64,000 nucleotides of DNA from an uncultured Candidatus Actinomarina sp. (GTDB lineage: Bacteria > Actinomycetota > Acidimicrobiia > Actinomarinales > Actinomarinaceae), in contig CACLXG010000001.1 in NCBI GenBank assembly GCA_902610815.1, forward strand, positions 76,775-140,774. Reading direction: 5' to 3'. A program made the position numbers and the translations under genes. Shown piece after piece: positions 29,151 through 39,304 of this stretch. A model generated the notes under the pieces. It was given only the letters and a program-made list of their open reading frames with translations, was not told where the DNA came from and searched no databases. Positions within the stretch are counted from its first letter, which is position 1; each line of letters starts with the position of its first letter.

Positions 29151-29519
29151 ATGGAGTTTTATTTTTTAGAATTACCTTCTTATATAAGCCTTGTTATTTG
29201 TGGTTTTGTAGGGTTGATATTTTTGGCAATTCATTTTTCCAAATTTGAACTGTCTTTTAATTTTTCAAACAAATTAATCCTGCTGTCTTGTTCTACTGTG
29301 CTCTTACAAGTTTTAGTGGTTATTTACTATACACAAAACAATGAAATAGGCTCATTCAGCCTATTTTATAATATTGTTAATCTTTTCATTTTGACATTTC
29401 TTTATATTTACAGAAACGAAATGAAAGTGAATTATCATCTTTATTGGTCATTTGCATTACTCTTTTTGATGGGTATGGAAATCAGAGCAATTCAGACAAT
29501 TGGGCAAGGACTTAGCTAA
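29151..29519 (+). CDS. Hypothetical membrane protein (about 4 TM)
   Basis: Hydrophobic ORF; TAAAAT 6 nt upstream; stop overlaps the next start. Confidence 0.65.
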   Translation: MEFYFLELPSYISLVICGFVGLIFLAIHFSKFELSFNFSNKLILLSCSTVLLQVLVVIYYTQNNEIGSFSLFYNIVNLFILTFLYIYRNEMKVNYHLYWSFALLFLMGMEIRAIQTIGQGLS

Positions 29520-30226
29520 TGGCGTATAAAATATTGAATGATGACTTAACATTTGCCAATGTAAATTCAGAGAATCCTAAAGTGTGTTTCTTACATGGAT
29601 GGGGTACAAGCGGTAAAGATTTTAACAAGATTGAAACGCACTTTGATTTTATAACTATTGATATACCTGGATTTGGCAAGTCTGTACCATTTACAAAAAG
29701 TTTTTCACCAAGAAGCTATGCTGAGTACCTTATTAAATTAATACCAGAATCAGTTGATGTTATTGTTGGCCATTCTTTTGGAGGAAGAATAGCAGTACAC
29801 CTTTCACAAATGCAAAATTACAGAAAAATAGTGATTATTGCATCACCACTTATTAGAAAATTAAAACCGAACAGTGGTTTTTCTGTTTTTAAATTATATA
29901 AATTTATTAATAAATTAAATATTATTAGTGACAGTAGGCTTGATGAATTAAAAAATAAATATGGTTCTGAAGATTATAGAAATGCTAACAAAGTTTTAAA
30001 AGATACATTAGTTATGGCAGTGAATGATGATTTGACTGAAATTCTTCCAAAAATCTCTACAAAAGTTGAACTTATTTATGGACAAGATGATTTGGTGGTA
30101 CCTGTAAAAGTTGGTATCGACTCAAGCAGTATAATTCGTGATTCTGAATTAACGATAATTCCTGACGAAGGTCACAATATGCTTAGAAGCAGTGCAGAAA
30201 AAATAGTGGAAATTATAAAAAGATGA
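29519..30226 (+). CDS. Alpha/beta hydrolase
   Basis: FLHGWG, DIPGFG, GHSFGG nucleophile elbow, GQDD, GH. Confidence 0.88.
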   Translation: MAYKILNDDLTFANVNSENPKVCFLHGWGTSGKDFNKIETHFDFITIDIPGFGKSVPFTKSFSPRSYAEYLIKLIPESVDVIVGHSFGGRIAVHLSQMQNYRKIVIIASPLIRKLKPNSGFSVFKLYKFINKLNIISDSRLDELKNKYGSEDYRNANKVLKDTLVMAVNDDLTEILPKISTKVELIYGQDDLVVPVKVGIDSSSIIRDSELTIIPDEGHNMLRSSAEKIVEIIKR

Positions 30227-31746
30227 ATTTACTTTATATATTTGTTTTAATTTTGCTCACTTTGAGTTCATGCTTGAATTCAATAAGGTGGGGAAGAATT
30301 GCTCAAAGAGAACATTATATCTCGGGATATGTCACTAAATTTTATTTCAGATGGGTTAGGTTAGTCCCATTTAATAATCTTTATTTTTTTCTTGCTGTCA
30401 TCCTGGCTTTATTAAGTTTATGGTCACCATACCCAGCATTATTACTATCAGTCTTAACTCTAGTAACACCATTTGGATTAGATTTTAAATACAGAACAAC
30501 CAAAGTGAACCTAACGGAAAGGCTTAAAAGGCTAAATATAATATATTACATTCTTATAGTTTTGATTTCCATTGTATCTTTAACAATGGATTTAGGTTAC
30601 TTTATTGCCTTAGTTGCTAATTTATTTTCTTTTTATGTCTATGACCAAGCTCTAAGGTTTACAAAGGGTTATGAAAAAAATAAATCCGAAAAATTTATTA
30701 TTGATGCAGAAAATGAATTAAAAAAGTTTGATGGCCCAATAATTGCAATTACTGGTTCATACTCAAAAACTACAACTAAAAATATATTGTCTCAGATTCT
30801 TTCTCAAAAAAATAAAACTTTTGTAACACCAGAAAGTTTTAATAATCGTTTAGGTATAGCAAAAGCAATCAATGAAAATCTAAAAAATGATGACGAAATT
30901 TCAATTATTGAAATGGGCACTTATGGTTTTGGAGAGATCAGAGAAATGTGTTCATGGGTCAGACCTCACATATCAGTAATAACAGGAATAGCACCAGTTC
31001 ACCTTGAAAGAATGAAAACTTTGGAAAATATACTTGATGCAAAGTCTGAAATAGTCGACTTAACTGGTTCTGTAGTTATCAATGGTGATGATCCACTTTT
31101 GTTGAATCAAGCAAGACTTTGGACTGCCCAGAAGATGGTTATAGATTGCTCTACGACTTCTGAAAGAGCTGCAGTTTTTGTAGACTACAAAAATAAATTA
31201 CATAGTGTTTACATTGGAGGAGAGTTTATAGGTAATGTTGAAGGCCCTAAAATCCTACAATTATCTATATCCTTATCAGTTGGAGTTATGGTTGCACTAG
31301 AACTTAATGTTAAATCTTATCTTGAAAGTCTTGGTGAGTTAGAAAAAACTGATCATCGTCAAACTATTCTTCAGGGAAGTATGGGTCAAACAATTATAGA
31401 TAATTCATTTAATTCGAATCCTATTTCATTTATTTCTTCGCTTGAAACATTAGAAGATTTTAATGGTGCTGGTAAAAAGTATCTTATAACTCCTGGAATG
31501 GTCGAGCTAGGTTCTGAACAATTTAGTTATAATTATGAATTTGCTCATTATGCAAGTGAAGTTGTTGATGAAGCACTTATCGTTGGTTACACCAACAAGG
31601 GACCATTAATACTTGCATTTGAGGAAAATAACATTCCAGTAAAATATTTTAAAAATAGAGATTTAGCTGTTTCTTATCTAAACTCTGTTGTGAATGAAAA
31701 TGATATTGTATTATTTGAAAACGATTTACCAGATCATCATCCTTAA
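30223..31746 (+). CDS. murF: MurF-like Mur ligase with N-terminal transmembrane segment
   Basis: AITGSYSKTTTK, ESFNN, IIEMG, HLE, IIDNSFNSNP, TPGMVELG, LFENDLPD. Confidence 0.75.
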   Translation: MNLLYIFVLILLTLSSCLNSIRWGRIAQREHYISGYVTKFYFRWVRLVPFNNLYFFLAVILALLSLWSPYPALLLSVLTLVTPFGLDFKYRTTKVNLTERLKRLNIIYYILIVLISIVSLTMDLGYFIALVANLFSFYVYDQALRFTKGYEKNKSEKFIIDAENELKKFDGPIIAITGSYSKTTTKNILSQILSQKNKTFVTPESFNNRLGIAKAINENLKNDDEISIIEMGTYGFGEIREMCSWVRPHISVITGIAPVHLERMKTLENILDAKSEIVDLTGSVVINGDDPLLLNQARLWTAQKMVIDCSTTSERAAVFVDYKNKLHSVYIGGEFIGNVEGPKILQLSISLSVGVMVALELNVKSYLESLGELEKTDHRQTILQGSMGQTIIDNSFNSNPISFISSLETLEDFNGAGKKYLITPGMVELGSEQFSYNYEFAHYASEVVDEALIVGYTNKGPLILAFEENNIPVKYFKNRDLAVSYLNSVVNENDIVLFENDLPDHHP

Positions 31747-31749
31747 AAT

Positions 31750-32832
31750 ATGACAGAATCAATTGCCGTAATATTTGGTGGCCCATCTGACGAGCATGAT
31801 ATATCTATATTGACTGGGCTACAGTCTTCCAGGATTTTATCCAATAAATATGATGTAAAAAATATTTATTGGTCAAAAGACAATAAATGGTATTTGGTAA
31901 ATAATGCCTTAGAATCAATAGATTTTGTTGATAATGACGATATTTTCAAGAAAGAATTAACGATAAAATATGATTCAGAGCCAGGATTTTATTTAAAAAA
32001 GAAAAAAATTTCATTTGAAGTAGCAGTTAATGCTTGTCATGGAGGGCCAGGGGAAGATGGAACACTTCAAAGTTTATTAAGTTTATTAAATATTAATTAT
32101 ACAGGACCCTCATTGACTACTTCACAGATAGGTATGGATAAGTACGTTTTCTTTACATTAATGAAAGAAATTGGAATACCTGTTTTAGATAAACACTTAG
32201 TTAGCAAAAATACTAAACCTAATTTTTCTGGACCTTATATTTTAAAACCTAGATTTGGAGGGTCCTCTATCGGGGTAGAGGTTGTTGAAGACTACGAAAC
32301 AGCTTTAAAACTCTCTAGAAATTCAAAAATTTACAGTCAAGGAGCAACTGTAGAAAAATTACTTGAAAACTCTAACGATCTTCTTATTGGAATTAGGACA
32401 TACCCAAACTTAGATTTCTCAGAAATTGAAAAACCAATTAGAACAAGTAGTTTTGAATTGTTTTCATACAACGATAAATATCTTGATAATGGAGGATTAG
32501 AAGGATCTAAAAGAGAATTACCTGCAACTATTAATTCAGAAATTGAATCTCAAATTAAAACAATACTTACATTATTCGTTGAAAAAATTGAAATAAGAGG
32601 AATATCAAGAGTAGATTTTTTACTTCACAGTGAAAATTTATATTTAAATGAAGTTAATACAATTCCTGGAAGCCATGCATTATATCTTTGGCAGAATATT
32701 GGTAAAAGTAAGTTTGAACTTTTAAATGACATGATAGAAGAGGCAAAAAATAGTGTTACCCATTGGAGCACAGAGGGATCAGATGGAGTAGCTTTAAAAA
32801 GCGCTAAAGACATACAAAGCAAATTAGGTTAA
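31750..32832 (+). CDS. ddl: D-alanine--D-alanine ligase (ATP-grasp)
   Basis: FGGPSDEHDIS, HGGPGEDG, KPRFGGSSIG, SRVDF, NEVNTIPGS. Confidence 0.88.
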   Translation: MTESIAVIFGGPSDEHDISILTGLQSSRILSNKYDVKNIYWSKDNKWYLVNNALESIDFVDNDDIFKKELTIKYDSEPGFYLKKKKISFEVAVNACHGGPGEDGTLQSLLSLLNINYTGPSLTTSQIGMDKYVFFTLMKEIGIPVLDKHLVSKNTKPNFSGPYILKPRFGGSSIGVEVVEDYETALKLSRNSKIYSQGATVEKLLENSNDLLIGIRTYPNLDFSEIEKPIRTSSFELFSYNDKYLDNGGLEGSKRELPATINSEIESQIKTILTLFVEKIEIRGISRVDFLLHSENLYLNEVNTIPGSHALYLWQNIGKSKFELLNDMIEEAKNSVTHWSTEGSDGVALKSAKDIQSKLG

Positions 32833-32838
32833 AAATTT

Positions 32839-33474
32839 ATGAACGGTATTTATTGGGACTGTGATGGCACTTTAATGGATACCGAAACATCATATGGATT
32901 AGCATGGAAAGAACATCTGAGTGATTTTGGACTTGAGATATCTGAAGAGGAAACTAGACAATGGGTGGGTATTGACGATAGATTGGTTCACAGCTTTTAT
33001 GCAAAAAATGTTGATTTAGAAAATTTTGAGAAAACTATGGCATCTCTTGGAAAAATTATAGAAGGGACGTTGAACGAAAAACTAATGTTTCAAGATGCAA
33101 AAATACTACTCGAGGAGACAAACAACAGGGGATGGACGTCAGCATGTGCCTCAGCAAGCCCTTATGAGTTATTAAAAAATAAATTAATAAAAGCAAATAT
33201 TTTTGATTATTTCTCATATGTTATAGGAGGTGATCAAGTTGAAAGAAATAAACCATATCCAGATATTTACAATAAAGCGATCAGTGAACTTCAAACTACT
33301 AAGAATATAGTTATTGAAGACAGTCCTCCTGGAATATCATCTGGGAAGGCATCCGGTTCTTTTGTAGTTGCAATTGATAGAGGAATATTTTCAAAAGATG
33401 AATTAAATAAAGCTGACTTAATTGTTGATAATTTATCTATAGATATCATAGAAACAGTTTTTAATAGCCTTTAA
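32839..33474 (+). CDS. HAD-family phosphatase (beta-PGM/CbbY-like)
   Basis: DCDGTLMDT, KPYPDIY, IEDSPPG. Confidence 0.88.
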   Translation: MNGIYWDCDGTLMDTETSYGLAWKEHLSDFGLEISEEETRQWVGIDDRLVHSFYAKNVDLENFEKTMASLGKIIEGTLNEKLMFQDAKILLEETNNRGWTSACASASPYELLKNKLIKANIFDYFSYVIGGDQVERNKPYPDIYNKAISELQTTKNIVIEDSPPGISSGKASGSFVVAIDRGIFSKDELNKADLIVDNLSIDIIETVFNSL

Positions 33475-33527
33475 ACATTGATGAAATTCAAAATAGATTA
33501 CAAAACTGACTTAGGCGCAAAAATAGA

Positions 33528-33950
33528 CTAAGACAAATTTAAAATTAATACAGGTATTTTTCGTTTTGTTCTTTGTTGGTAATTGGAATATCCACCTTTA
33601 TTCATGTAATCCATTTTTGACCACCAGTCTTCACGCTCTTCATCAAAGACTTCTTTAGCGACTGCAGTGTATTTCTTTCTTCCAATTTGAATTTCACATT
33701 TAGGGTTAGCTTTTAAATTATGATACCAGCCTGGATTAGTAGGACTTCCACCTTTAGATGCTACTAAACAAATTTCATTACCTTCTTTCATGAAAACAAG
33801 TACATTTTTTCTTAACAAATTAGTCTTAGCACCAGTTGAGAAAAGAATTAAACACGGTCTTCCCTGTAGAAATTTTCCTATTCTGCCATTTGAATAGATA
33901 TAAATATAATTGTGAAAAAACAAGAATGTAAAAATTAAATATCTTCTCAT
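33528..33950 (-). CDS. Deazaflavin (F420)-dependent nitroreductase/DDN family protein (start adjusted to 33950)
   Basis: TGAKT..R, VASKGG..NPGWYHNLKANP, YQQRTKRKIPV; ATGA overlap with the photolyase. Confidence 0.88.
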   Translation of the reverse strand: MRRYLIFTFLFFHNYIYIYSNGRIGKFLQGRPCLILFSTGAKTNLLRKNVLVFMKEGNEICLVASKGGSPTNPGWYHNLKANPKCEIQIGRKKYTAVAKEVFDEEREDWWSKMDYMNKGGYSNYQQRTKRKIPVLILNLS

Positions 33951-35146
33951 ATATTTAACTTTATCTTTTTTCTCCATGAACTGAAACTTGTAGGGTAAAA
34001 ATTAATGGGATCTGCAAGTCGTAATGCCGGGAATTCTACAGATGGAATATTTCTTTCTGTAATTTTTTTGTATTTTGGTACTGGTGCAAATGTTGATGCA
34101 AAATTTTTATTTTGTAAATAATCATCTGGATTGGTTAAATGTACTTGCAGCTCCCTTTTGTTATTAATTTCTTTAAGGCAATCAAGTAAAAAATTAATTC
34201 TCTTTGTTGATAATTGCAATTTACTTAACAGCTTTATATCAAATATAAAAATTACTGGTAGTTCGTGATAATGAATCATTGCTGGATCATTGTCTCCGAT
34301 AGATTCACCTGTAATCCATACACAGGATGGTTTAGTACTATTATTTTCTCTTATGTTTTTTGGACCGAAAACTTTTTCTTCATCTATTTTAAAATCATTA
34401 TTTAATTTTTCAGAAATATTTGTTTGCGGCCATTCTTGAATTGGGCAGTCATATTTTAATTCACAATTATTACATAATTGGGGTGCTCTTTTTTCAACTT
34501 GGAATTTGGAAAATCCATATGGCTTTCCTGTTTGTGATCCCATGACCCAATGCCATCCTAACCTGTTTGCAAAACGAGACCCATCTAATAAATGTTGAAA
34601 CATATAGTCCTCATATTGATTCCAGTCGTTACCTACCCTTAAAGAATTATGAGATGCATACCACATTCTTGTCTGATTAACCATATAACCTGTTTTTTCC
34701 AATTCTTTTTCGATAGTTGATACACAATTCATATTTTTATAAATATCTGCATTCGATTGAGGTTTTTCTATTTTGTAATTTAGATATTTTCTTGATTTTT
34801 TACCAACTATTGCATATAAATGTCTTGCAAATTCTTGCCAAAGCAACTCATCTTGGAATTTAGTTCTATCTTTGTATTCAAATTTCTCAACTGCTTTCCA
34901 TACATCTGAAAGACTAAGTAAACCATGTCGTATATAGGGGGATAGATAAGATGAACCTCTGGAATCTTTGGGGTAAACGTTGTTTCTTTTCGTAGCATAC
35001 TTATTAATATTTAGCTGATTTAATGCATTATCTGCGTTTGATTGGCCACCAGACACAAATGGATAAGTGAAATCATCACAACAAAGGCCACTAAAATATT
35101 TTTGTATTATTTCTTTATTATCAAGTTGTAGATCAATTAAAGACAT
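33947..35146 (-). CDS. Short photolyase-like protein with inverted domain order
   Basis: N-terminal FAD domain (YATKRN, SSYLSPYIRHG, ELLWQEF, GYMVNQTRMWYAS, HLLDGS..NRLGWHWV); C-terminal alpha/beta segment (VWIT..DPA..VIFIFD..RINFLLDCL). Confidence 0.8.
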   Translation of the reverse strand: MSLIDLQLDNKEIIQKYFSGLCCDDFTYPFVSGGQSNADNALNQLNINKYATKRNNVYPKDSRGSSYLSPYIRHGLLSLSDVWKAVEKFEYKDRTKFQDELLWQEFARHLYAIVGKKSRKYLNYKIEKPQSNADIYKNMNCVSTIEKELEKTGYMVNQTRMWYASHNSLRVGNDWNQYEDYMFQHLLDGSRFANRLGWHWVMGSQTGKPYGFSKFQVEKRAPQLCNNCELKYDCPIQEWPQTNISEKLNNDFKIDEEKVFGPKNIRENNSTKPSCVWITGESIGDNDPAMIHYHELPVIFIFDIKLLSKLQLSTKRINFLLDCLKEINNKRELQVHLTNPDDYLQNKNFASTFAPVPKYKKITERNIPSVEFPALRLADPINFYPTSFSSWRKKIKLNI

Positions 35147-35155
35147 TAAATGTAA

Positions 35156-35371
35156 TTAGTATTTATCTTGTCCGATTCGTATATTTACAACAGTTAAAAC
35201 TTCTTCTATATTTTCTATATCGAAATTTACTCTTTGTCCCTGTCTTAGAGTTCTAAAAATAGATCCCTTTAAGGATCCTGGTGCAAGAAAGACTTCTGAT
35301 TTGTCCGTGTCTAGTAAGATAATTCCATTACCCGTATTTGGATCATAGGATTTTACAACACCCTGAGCCAT
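35156..35371 (-). CDS. Cold-shock domain protein
   Basis: MAQGVVKSYD..G.G, FRTLRQGQRVNF. Confidence 0.75.
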   Translation of the reverse strand: MAQGVVKSYDPNTGNGIILLDTDKSEVFLAPGSLKGSIFRTLRQGQRVNFDIENIEEVLTVVNIRIGQDKY

Positions 35372-35607
35372 TAAACTTTTTCGCCTCTACTTCTTATTTC
35401 TTTAACAACAGACTCAATACCGCGTTTGTCTATTACTTTATTACCTTTTGTACTAACTTTAAGCTTTACCCACCTGTTTTCACTTTCAAGCCAGTATTTT
35501 TTAGTTTGAATATTTGGTTTGAACCATCGATTGTTTCTTTTATGAGAAAAAGATACATGTTTACCTGATCTTGGCTCTCTTCCAGTTACTTGACATCTAT
35601 TTGACAT
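35371..35607 (-). CDS. rpmB: 50S ribosomal protein L28 (long form, no Zn ribbon)
   Basis: CQVTG..G..VSFSH..R.FKPNIQ..LKVSTKG..IDKRGI. Confidence 0.95.
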   Translation of the reverse strand: MSNRCQVTGREPRSGKHVSFSHKRNNRWFKPNIQTKKYWLESENRWVKLKVSTKGNKVIDKRGIESVVKEIRSRGEKV

Positions 35608-35692
35608 AATATTTTCCTCTAAATTACATTTATAACTATAACTAATTTATTAATTTGTAGGTACTTTCATTTTAAAACTTTTTAGGTAATGT

Positions 35693-37819
35693 TTGATTGT
35701 GGTTGAAAGAAGTTTAAGTTACTTAGATAATATAAAGTTAGATTCTTTAAAAGGATTTGGTGAGAAAAGATATTCAAATCTTAAAAAGAGTAATTTATCA
35801 TCCATTACCGATTTAATTAGATTTTATCCAAGAAAACACATTGATAGATCAAAAATAAAAACAATAAATCAAATTGATCAATCAGATATTGAAAAAGAAG
35901 TAACAATGATTGGTACGATCAGTAATGTTTCAGTATTTACAACTAAATCAAGATTAAGGATAACGACGCTTTCAATAAAAGACAGCACAGGCTTGGTAAA
36001 AGCAAAGTGGTTTGGACCTCAATATATAGAATCGAGATTTAAAGAGGGTGAAGATGTTGCTCTTTCTGGAAAGCCTGATATTAAAAAAACTGGATCAATA
36101 GAATTTAAAAATCCCACAATTGAAAAATTTGCTGATATAGATGAACTGAGCGAGACGGGATCTTTAATTCCTATATATCCAAAAGTTGATGGTGTATCTA
36201 GTGGTGTAATAAGAAAAGCAATAAAAGACGCATTGTCAATCATTGATACACCTAAAGAAGAGTTTGAACCTGGAATTGAAGACATGCTTACTAGTGAGGT
36301 TGTAGATAAAAATTCAATTTTTTCTAGAACTGAAAGTTTTAAATCAATTCATTTCCCTAAAACCATTGAAGAATTCCAAAAAGCAAGAGAAAGGCTTGCT
36401 CTTGATGAATTTATATATTTACGTTCTATATTTGAAAATTTAAAATCTGAATTTAAAAATAAAAACAAAGGGCCAAAATATATTTTTGAAAATTCATTAA
36501 TAGACACTTTTGTTGCAGACTTACCATTTCAACTCACAGAATCTCAAACAAAAGCCTATAAAGAGATTCTAGAAGATTTAAAAAATGATTATCCCATGAA
36601 AAGACTTCTTCAAGGCGATGTCGGCTCAGGAAAGACAGTTGTGGCTGCAATTTCTATATATGCTGTAATAAATTCCGGTTACCAAGTGGCACTAATGGCT
36701 CCAACGGAAGTATTGGCTGAACAACATTTAAATTCATTAAATGCATTTTTAAAAAATTCAGATGTAGAGGTTAATTTTCTTACTTCCTCTGTCAAAGATA
36801 GAAGCGAAGTAATGAATAATATATCTGATGGTAAGCCTGGATTATATATAGGTACTCATGCCTTAATTCAAGACAAAGTATTCTTTAGTAATTTAGGTCT
36901 CGTAATTATTGACGAGCAACAGAGATTTGGTGTTGATCAAAGAAAAAAATTAATATCAGATTCAGAAATAACTCCCGACCAACTTGTTATGACTGCAACT
37001 CCAATACCAAGAACTACTGCTCTATCTATATATGGTGACTTAGAGATATCTTCAATAAATGAATTACCTCCGGGCAGAAAGCCAATTGTTTCACATTTAT
37101 ATAGTGGTTTAAAAAAAGACAATGAGAAAGTTTTTGAAATGTGTTACAAACATTTAGATGATGATTCGCAAATATTTGTAGTTTGTCCCTATATAGAAGA
37201 GAGTGAGTCTTCTGATATACAGGCAGCAGAAAAAGTTTTTTTGGAATATTCTAAAAAATTTTCGGATTACAAGGTTGTTCTTCTACATGGAAAGATGTCT
37301 TATGAGGAAAAAGAAAATATAATGCGATCAATGCAGGATGGCTCTATAGACATACTTGTCTCTACTGTAGTTATAGAGGTTGGTATAGACATTCCAAATG
37401 CCTCTCTTATGATTATTGAAAGTGCAGAAAGATTTGGTCTTAATCAACTGCACCAGCTCAGAGGAAGAGTAGGTAGAGGAGAAAAACAATCAGAGTGCAT
37501 TTTTCATATTACAAATAAAAAATCTCTCAGCACTATCAGCGAAGAAGGTGTTAAAAGATTAGAGGCTATATCAACAATGAGTGATGGATTTAAATTATCA
37601 GAGATAGATTTAGAAATTCGGGGTGAAGGAAAGGTAACCGGTAAAAACCAATCAGGTAGGTCTGACTTAAAAATTGCTGATTTACGTTTTGATTATGGTT
37701 TACTTATTCAATCCAAAGATATTTATGATGATATCAAAAGTTCAAATTCATCGAATAAAGTATTTGAAGAAGCAAAATTATTATTTCCTAATTATTTTCA
37801 AGCAGACGGGACTACATGA
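35693..37819 (+). CDS. recG: ATP-dependent DNA helicase RecG (start may be GTG 35699)
   Basis: RLLQGDVGSGKT, MAPTEVLAEQH, DEQQRFG, MTATPIPRT, QLHQLRGRVGRG. Confidence 0.95.
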   Translation: MIVVERSLSYLDNIKLDSLKGFGEKRYSNLKKSNLSSITDLIRFYPRKHIDRSKIKTINQIDQSDIEKEVTMIGTISNVSVFTTKSRLRITTLSIKDSTGLVKAKWFGPQYIESRFKEGEDVALSGKPDIKKTGSIEFKNPTIEKFADIDELSETGSLIPIYPKVDGVSSGVIRKAIKDALSIIDTPKEEFEPGIEDMLTSEVVDKNSIFSRTESFKSIHFPKTIEEFQKARERLALDEFIYLRSIFENLKSEFKNKNKGPKYIFENSLIDTFVADLPFQLTESQTKAYKEILEDLKNDYPMKRLLQGDVGSGKTVVAAISIYAVINSGYQVALMAPTEVLAEQHLNSLNAFLKNSDVEVNFLTSSVKDRSEVMNNISDGKPGLYIGTHALIQDKVFFSNLGLVIIDEQQRFGVDQRKKLISDSEITPDQLVMTATPIPRTTALSIYGDLEISSINELPPGRKPIVSHLYSGLKKDNEKVFEMCYKHLDDDSQIFVVCPYIEESESSDIQAAEKVFLEYSKKFSDYKVVLLHGKMSYEEKENIMRSMQDGSIDILVSTVVIEVGIDIPNASLMIIESAERFGLNQLHQLRGRVGRGEKQSECIFHITNKKSLSTISEEGVKRLEAISTMSDGFKLSEIDLEIRGEGKVTGKNQSGRSDLKIADLRFDYGLLIQSKDIYDDIKSSNSSNKVFEEAKLLFPNYFQADGTT

Positions 37820-38352
37820 GAGTTTTGGCAGGTATTTACAAATCTAAAAAGATTGAAACAATTAATAGTGCTGATACAAGACCAATGATGAGTAAAGTTA
37901 GAGAAGCAATTTTCAACTCCATTCAGTTCATGGTTGAAGAAAAAGATGTTCTTGATTTATATTCTGGTTCTGGAAGCTTAGGCATTGAAGCATTAAGTAG
38001 GGGAGCAAATTATGTTACATTTGTTGAACTCTCTAAAGAGTGCATATTAGTACTTAAGAAAAACATTGAAAATATGTCAAGTAATCTTAATATTGTAAAT
38101 TCACCCGTAAATTCTTTTATTCAAAATTCTATTAATAAATATCATCTAATTTTTTATGATCCTCCTTTTGAACTTGATGCAAATCAAGTAAATGAAGAAG
38201 TTTTAAGCATAGAGAACATATTAAACGATCATGGGCTTTTAATTATTCATAGGCATAAAGCCTCTGGGGATATAAAGTTTTCAAAAAATTATGAATTACA
38301 TAGGGAAAAAAACTATGGGCAAAGTAAAATTCTTATATTGAGGAGAATATGA
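37816..38352 (+). CDS. rsmD: 16S rRNA m2G966 methyltransferase
   Basis: TRP..KVREAIFN, LDLYSGSGSLGIEALSRGA, DPPF. Confidence 0.92.
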   Translation: MRVLAGIYKSKKIETINSADTRPMMSKVREAIFNSIQFMVEEKDVLDLYSGSGSLGIEALSRGANYVTFVELSKECILVLKKNIENMSSNLNIVNSPVNSFIQNSINKYHLIFYDPPFELDANQVNEEVLSIENILNDHGLLIIHRHKASGDIKFSKNYELHREKNYGQSKILILRRI

Positions 38353-38813
38353 AAATTTTAATTCCTGGTTCATTTGACCCACCTACTAATGGACATATTG
38401 ATGTTATCAACAGATGTTCTGAAATATTTAGTGAGATTATTGTTGGAGTCGTTGTTAATCCCTCAAAGAACTCTTTATTTACACCAGAGGAAAGATTAGA
38501 AATGCTTGAACAAATTTGTAAAGAAAAAGAGAATGTAAAAGTAAAAAGTTTTGAAGGTCTGTTAGTTGACTTTGCTTCATCAGAGTCAGTAAACGCTATA
38601 GTTAAAGGATTAAGAGCCATGACGGATTTTGACTATGAATTTCAAATGGCACAAGCTAACTCAACTTTAAAAGGGTTTGAAACAATATTTATTCCATCTT
38701 CTCCTGAATATGGATACTTATCAAGTTCAATGGTGAAAGAAATACATTCATATGGTGGAGACATCAAGTCTTTAGTACCTGCTTATGTATTAGAGAGAAT
38801 GAACAATGGCTGA
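38349..38813 (+). CDS. coaD: Pantetheine-phosphate adenylyltransferase
   Basis: PGSFDPPTNGH, KGLRAMTDFDYEFQMA, LSSSMVKE. Confidence 0.95.
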   Translation: MKILIPGSFDPPTNGHIDVINRCSEIFSEIIVGVVVNPSKNSLFTPEERLEMLEQICKEKENVKVKSFEGLLVDFASSESVNAIVKGLRAMTDFDYEFQMAQANSTLKGFETIFIPSSPEYGYLSSSMVKEIHSYGGDIKSLVPAYVLERMNNG

Positions 38814-39303
38814 AGCAGAAATTAATTTTGAAGACATTGCAAAGGGTAATGTCAGAATAGATATAGTTGATAAATTAGAAAATTTAAGGGCAAGTCTCGA
38901 GTCGAATTCTCTTACAGGAAGGGTGAATAAAAAAGAAATTATTAACAATATAGATGAGATCATTGACACAATTCCAGTTGAACTAAGAACAGCAAGGTGG
39001 ATTGTTAGAGAGCAGGAGTCATTTATAAGCAAGGCAAAGGATGATTCCAAAGAGATTGTTGAAGAAGCTAGGCGTGAATCCGAAAAGTTAATTCAAGAAT
39101 CTTATGTTTTGCAAGAGGCAGTAGTCGAAGCAAATGCAATAATTAAGCAAACTGAGTTAGAAGCTCAATCTTATAGAGCAAGTATTGAAGATGCTGTGGA
39201 TAAAAAAATGGAAGAAATTCAAAGCAAAATTAATCAGCTAAAGGATTTTTTGGATCAAGAGAGAACAAAACTCAGGCAACCACGCGACATAGAGAAACCT
39301 TAA
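38806..39303 (+). CDS. DivIVA/SepIVA-like coiled-coil protein
   Basis: IPVELRTARWIVREQE coiled coil; conserved position between coaD and yceD. Confidence 0.65.
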   Translation: MAEAEINFEDIAKGNVRIDIVDKLENLRASLESNSLTGRVNKKEIINNIDEIIDTIPVELRTARWIVREQESFISKAKDDSKEIVEEARRESEKLIQESYVLQEAVVEANAIIKQTELEAQSYRASIEDAVDKKMEEIQSKINQLKDFLDQERTKLRQPRDIEKP

Positions 39304-39304
39304 A

